From contig CAVOXP010000002.1 of NCBI GenBank assembly GCA_963700455.1, positions 152,011 to 216,010 of the forward strand: a DNA stretch of 64,000 nt, written 5' to 3'. Below are positions 61,311 to 64,000 of the stretch, in pieces (within the stretch, counting starts at the first letter, position 1; every line of letters begins with the position of its first letter). Under the pieces are notes generated by a model. That model had not been told where the DNA came from and did no database searches. It worked only from the letters and a program-made list of their open reading frames with translations. The position numbers and the translations under genes were made by a program. Origin of the DNA: an uncultured Actinomycetes bacterium (lineage in GTDB: Bacteria; Actinomycetota; Actinomycetes; S36-B12; CAIYMF01).

Positions 61311-62972
61311 TCAGTCGCAGCTACAGCTCGGCCCCCCTCGTGGCTGGGAGTGCGCATTGGCCGCGCGTCGCGCATCCAGGGACTCTGCCCTCCTCAAGGC
61401 GTATCGACTCAGGCCCAAACACCCCGACTTGAGTCCATCCAGACTCCTCGGCAGTCGCCTCCACCCACTCCCCCCCGGCGTCCTTCGGCCCCATAGAAGG
61501 GTCGTACTCGTCGGTCCAAGCTCCTCCGCTACGCACACCCATTCGATCCCGCTGCGGTGAGATGGCTCCCATAAGGCCGGACAACTGATGGCGCCACGCG
61601 GCTCTGCCCCGCCGGCCCGCTGGGAAGGTTTGACGAGCCGCACGGCGATCGACAGCGACGTGCCATCGGGGAATCCGGCCAACGCCGTCATGACCTCTCG
61701 GCGAGTCCATGCGCCCAGTCCAGTGTCAAGCACATGCCGCGCGTAGATGTGCGGAGGCCGATCCAGTCCCTTGGCCAACTCCGCGAGGTACATGAGGCCT
61801 CGAGGGTCCGCGATGTCCATCCGCACGAACGAAACGCCCGCTCGGGGAAACTCGAGTGGCCCCGGGGGCATGTGAGGAAGTCCGTGGCCAACACTGGGAA
61901 CCCACATGACGCAAGGAACCGAGCGTCGGCACCACTTCCGCAGCCCAACTCAAGGACTGTTGTGCCCGCGGGGGAGTAACCTCGCCACCCAGCGGGCAGA
62001 ATCCGACACTGGAGGGTCAGTTGCCCGGGAATGATCGTAGGCGTCACTCCAATACTCGAAACCGTCCAAGTACTGACCGAACCAGGCGGAGAAGCGCAGC
62101 TGCGTTGAGCGGGGGGTCCTGAGTACGTGTCCCGGCTGGGGCGTCCTCCAACTTGGGCCGTAGTTGAGTCTGAGCCAGGCAGTGACATTCCTTGGCGCCG
62201 GGAATCGAACTCCGCTGATCTCGACCTCTCCAAGCGGGAGCAGCTGCCCATGACGGAGACGCCCCCGCACATGGAACGGCTGGTTGATGACGCCACGACG
62301 GAAGAACGCGCTGAAGACGTCTATATGGATGGGCGGTCGCCCATCGACCCTAGGTTCCTTCACCTGAAAGTGTGCCCCCGAGAATCGGCGTGACGGCCAT
62401 CCTGCTTCAACGAAGCGTCTCTCCAGCGGGAAGCTTTCCAGCGCCACCCGTCCGGTCGACTCGACGTCGCCAGATACGCGAGATCAAGGTCATCGTCGTG
62501 TGGGATCAACCCCTGGGCCCGGACCGCACCGAGCAGAGTCCCACCGACGATCCACGCGGGCGCTCGCGGCCGCCCCACCTTGGAATCGCTCTCCGCGTCT
62601 CCAATCGCCCTGTTCAACTCGGATTGGTGCTTCGGCGAACGGAAGGCCCCACCATCCCCACTTGTTGAGGGTCAGTCCACGGCCCCACGTATCGGTTGGT
62701 CGCTGCCAGGACTGGTGCCCGCCGAAGTCATGCTGCGTCTCTCGAATGGTTGGACCGCCACTGACCTCAACGAGCCCCACCCGAGTCGGGCCGAGATCGG
62801 GCAATCGACGCGAGTGCGCCCGGCCACACAACGCTCCTGCGGCCGGAGCGGAAACGGCCGATTGGGAAGAAGGTCGCCGGTCGAGGGCGACCCAGACATC
62901 GTCGCGAACGTGCCGATCCAAAGTGAGGCCATGCGCGCCAACCACCAGGCCCATTTGCCGTCGCCCGTTCAT
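61311..62972 (-). pseudogene. LicD-family phosphotransferase joined to a class I SAM methyltransferase, frame-broken
   Basis: LicD motifs are GGTLLGAVRAQGLIPHDDDLDLAYL (62360..62617) and PIHIDVF...NYGPSWRTP (61950..62447). Methyltransferase motif I is VLELGCGSGADARFLASCGFPVLATD (61688..62296), with the remainder in 61311..61907. The N-terminal 120 codons are unassigned. Confidence 0.6.
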
Positions 62973-63090
62973 AACCCTCCTCCAGCGGCTCCTTCGATCG
63001 GCGCCTTAGGTCGGCCCGATCAGTAAAGCAGCCATGTATCCATGCCGATGCTGTGGGGAAGGACTGTGCTGGCGACGAAGGATTCGGCTG

Positions 63091-64000
63091 ATGGGCATGC
63101 GATGGCGGGCGAGCCAGGACCCGGCGGCCTTGAGGAGGTTCACGGTCCTGATCTCAGCCGCCGTGGGCCTTGCTGTCATTGCTGCCGCCCCCGGCGCTCC
63201 TGCCGACGCCTCCCCCGCGCCTCGTACGAACACGGTCGCAGTCGCACCGCAACCCGCCTCAGCTGCGGCAGTCTCGGTCGCACCGCAACCGAGGTCCGCC
63301 GGGACGTCCGGATGCGCGTCTACGTCAAGATCCGGTCCAAGCTCAAGCGGGGCCGCTCGGCCACCGTCACGCTCTCGGCCCGGCGCAGCGGATCGTCGTC
63401 CTATGCGGCACAGGTGACATTCTCGGGTCGAACGGCCAAGCTCCAACGCCTCGCCTACGACTCAGCGGGTGTCGTCACGAAGATGGGTGGACCGGTCACC
63501 CTGGTCACGAAGGTGAAGCCACGCCAGAAGGTCTACCTGGAGTTCGAGGCAGTCGAGGTCAGCGGCGGGACGCGCCTGCGTGTGCGGGGCTGGCGAGCAG
63601 ACAAGTCGGTCACCACCCGCGAGTGGATCGACCTGCGCTCGGCCCGCCCAACCCAGGCGGGCACGACCGCCGTGACAGTCACCCGCACCAAGAAGGTCGG
63701 CAAGCCGAAGGTGCGCCAGCTGTCCGTGGCCCAGCCAACGGCGACGGCCGTGTCCCCGGCCCCCACGGCGACCCCTGTGAACCTGCCACCGAACCCCGAC
63801 GCAGGTCACTACGGCTGGACCGGGAAGGTCGCCCAGGTCCTGGATGGGGATACGGTCGCCGTCTACCTGGACGCCAACCCCACGAAGGCCGTCCAGGTGC
63901 GCAACGCCGGCATCCAGGCGATGGAGGTCGACGAGTGCAACGGGCCGAGCGCCACCAGGGCCATGGCGGATCTCGCCCCCGCGGGCAGCCGGGTCCTGCT
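63091..64000 (+). pseudogene. Secreted protein with C-terminal staphylococcal-nuclease-like domain, probably frame-shifted; runs off the window
   Basis: The signal peptide MGMRWRASQDPAALRRFTVLISAAVGLAVIAAAPGAPADA is in the frame of ORF 63034..63417. From about 63300 the sensible translation is in another frame that is open to the window end (VRMRVYVKIRS...GKVAQVLDGDTVAVYLD...VRNAGIQAMEVDE). The last part matches the SNase pattern V.DGDT..V...VRL.GIDAPE. Confidence 0.5.

Noticed and set aside
62618-62972. Possible remnant of a cytidylyltransferase (TagD/TarI-like) upstream of LicD
   Set aside because: Fragments such as GTFAT.. and HDFGGHQSW only loosely resemble the (H/T)xGH and GDDW motifs and are spread over frames. 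The resemblance is too weak to support a call.

Overview
This is a 64-kb window from a high-GC Actinomycetota chromosome; hand-counted sample lines give about 70% GC. Positions 1-44 kb are a housekeeping backbone in the same gene order as the M. tuberculosis radA...ppa segment (Rv3585-Rv3628) and the equivalent Streptomyces region. The order is radA, disA, clpC1, lsr2, ppc, an argA-like GNAT, coaX-nadC-nadB-panC, DUF2520, a YdbT/YdbS PH-domain pair and an orphan nuoD-like gene. It continues with DUF3180-folK-folB-folP-folE-ftsH, hpt-tilS-Zn-protease-dacB, an SLC13 permease, ppa, a PAS-GGDEF-EAL protein, DUF2461, a HelD-like helicase, GT2-DUF2304-AI-2E and mpg. Positions 44-64 kb are accessory: a secreted clan GH-A hydrolase, a fasciclin lipoprotein, PPK2, a P450, FadD, GNATs and tRNA-Thr(CGT). 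Beyond the tRNA lies a lower-GC cluster for a teichoic-acid-type wall glycopolymer (rmlC, a polytopic membrane protein, GT4, TagF-type, GT2, LicD plus methyltransferase). The main observation is not a new defence system but a pattern of gene decay. About 13 loci can only be read by hopping between reading frames. All of them are accessory or envelope genes, or low-complexity tails of core genes, while the long housekeeping genes are intact. Where I could locate the lesion, it is a 1-nt length change in a short homopolymer or tandem repeat. One such change fuses a YdbT-like gene in frame to the downstream DUF2520 gene. Another re-frames the FtsH C-terminal tail. I found no CRISPR array, rRNA, transposase or integrase. 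All calls come from reading the supplied translations and the DNA by eye; no searches were run.
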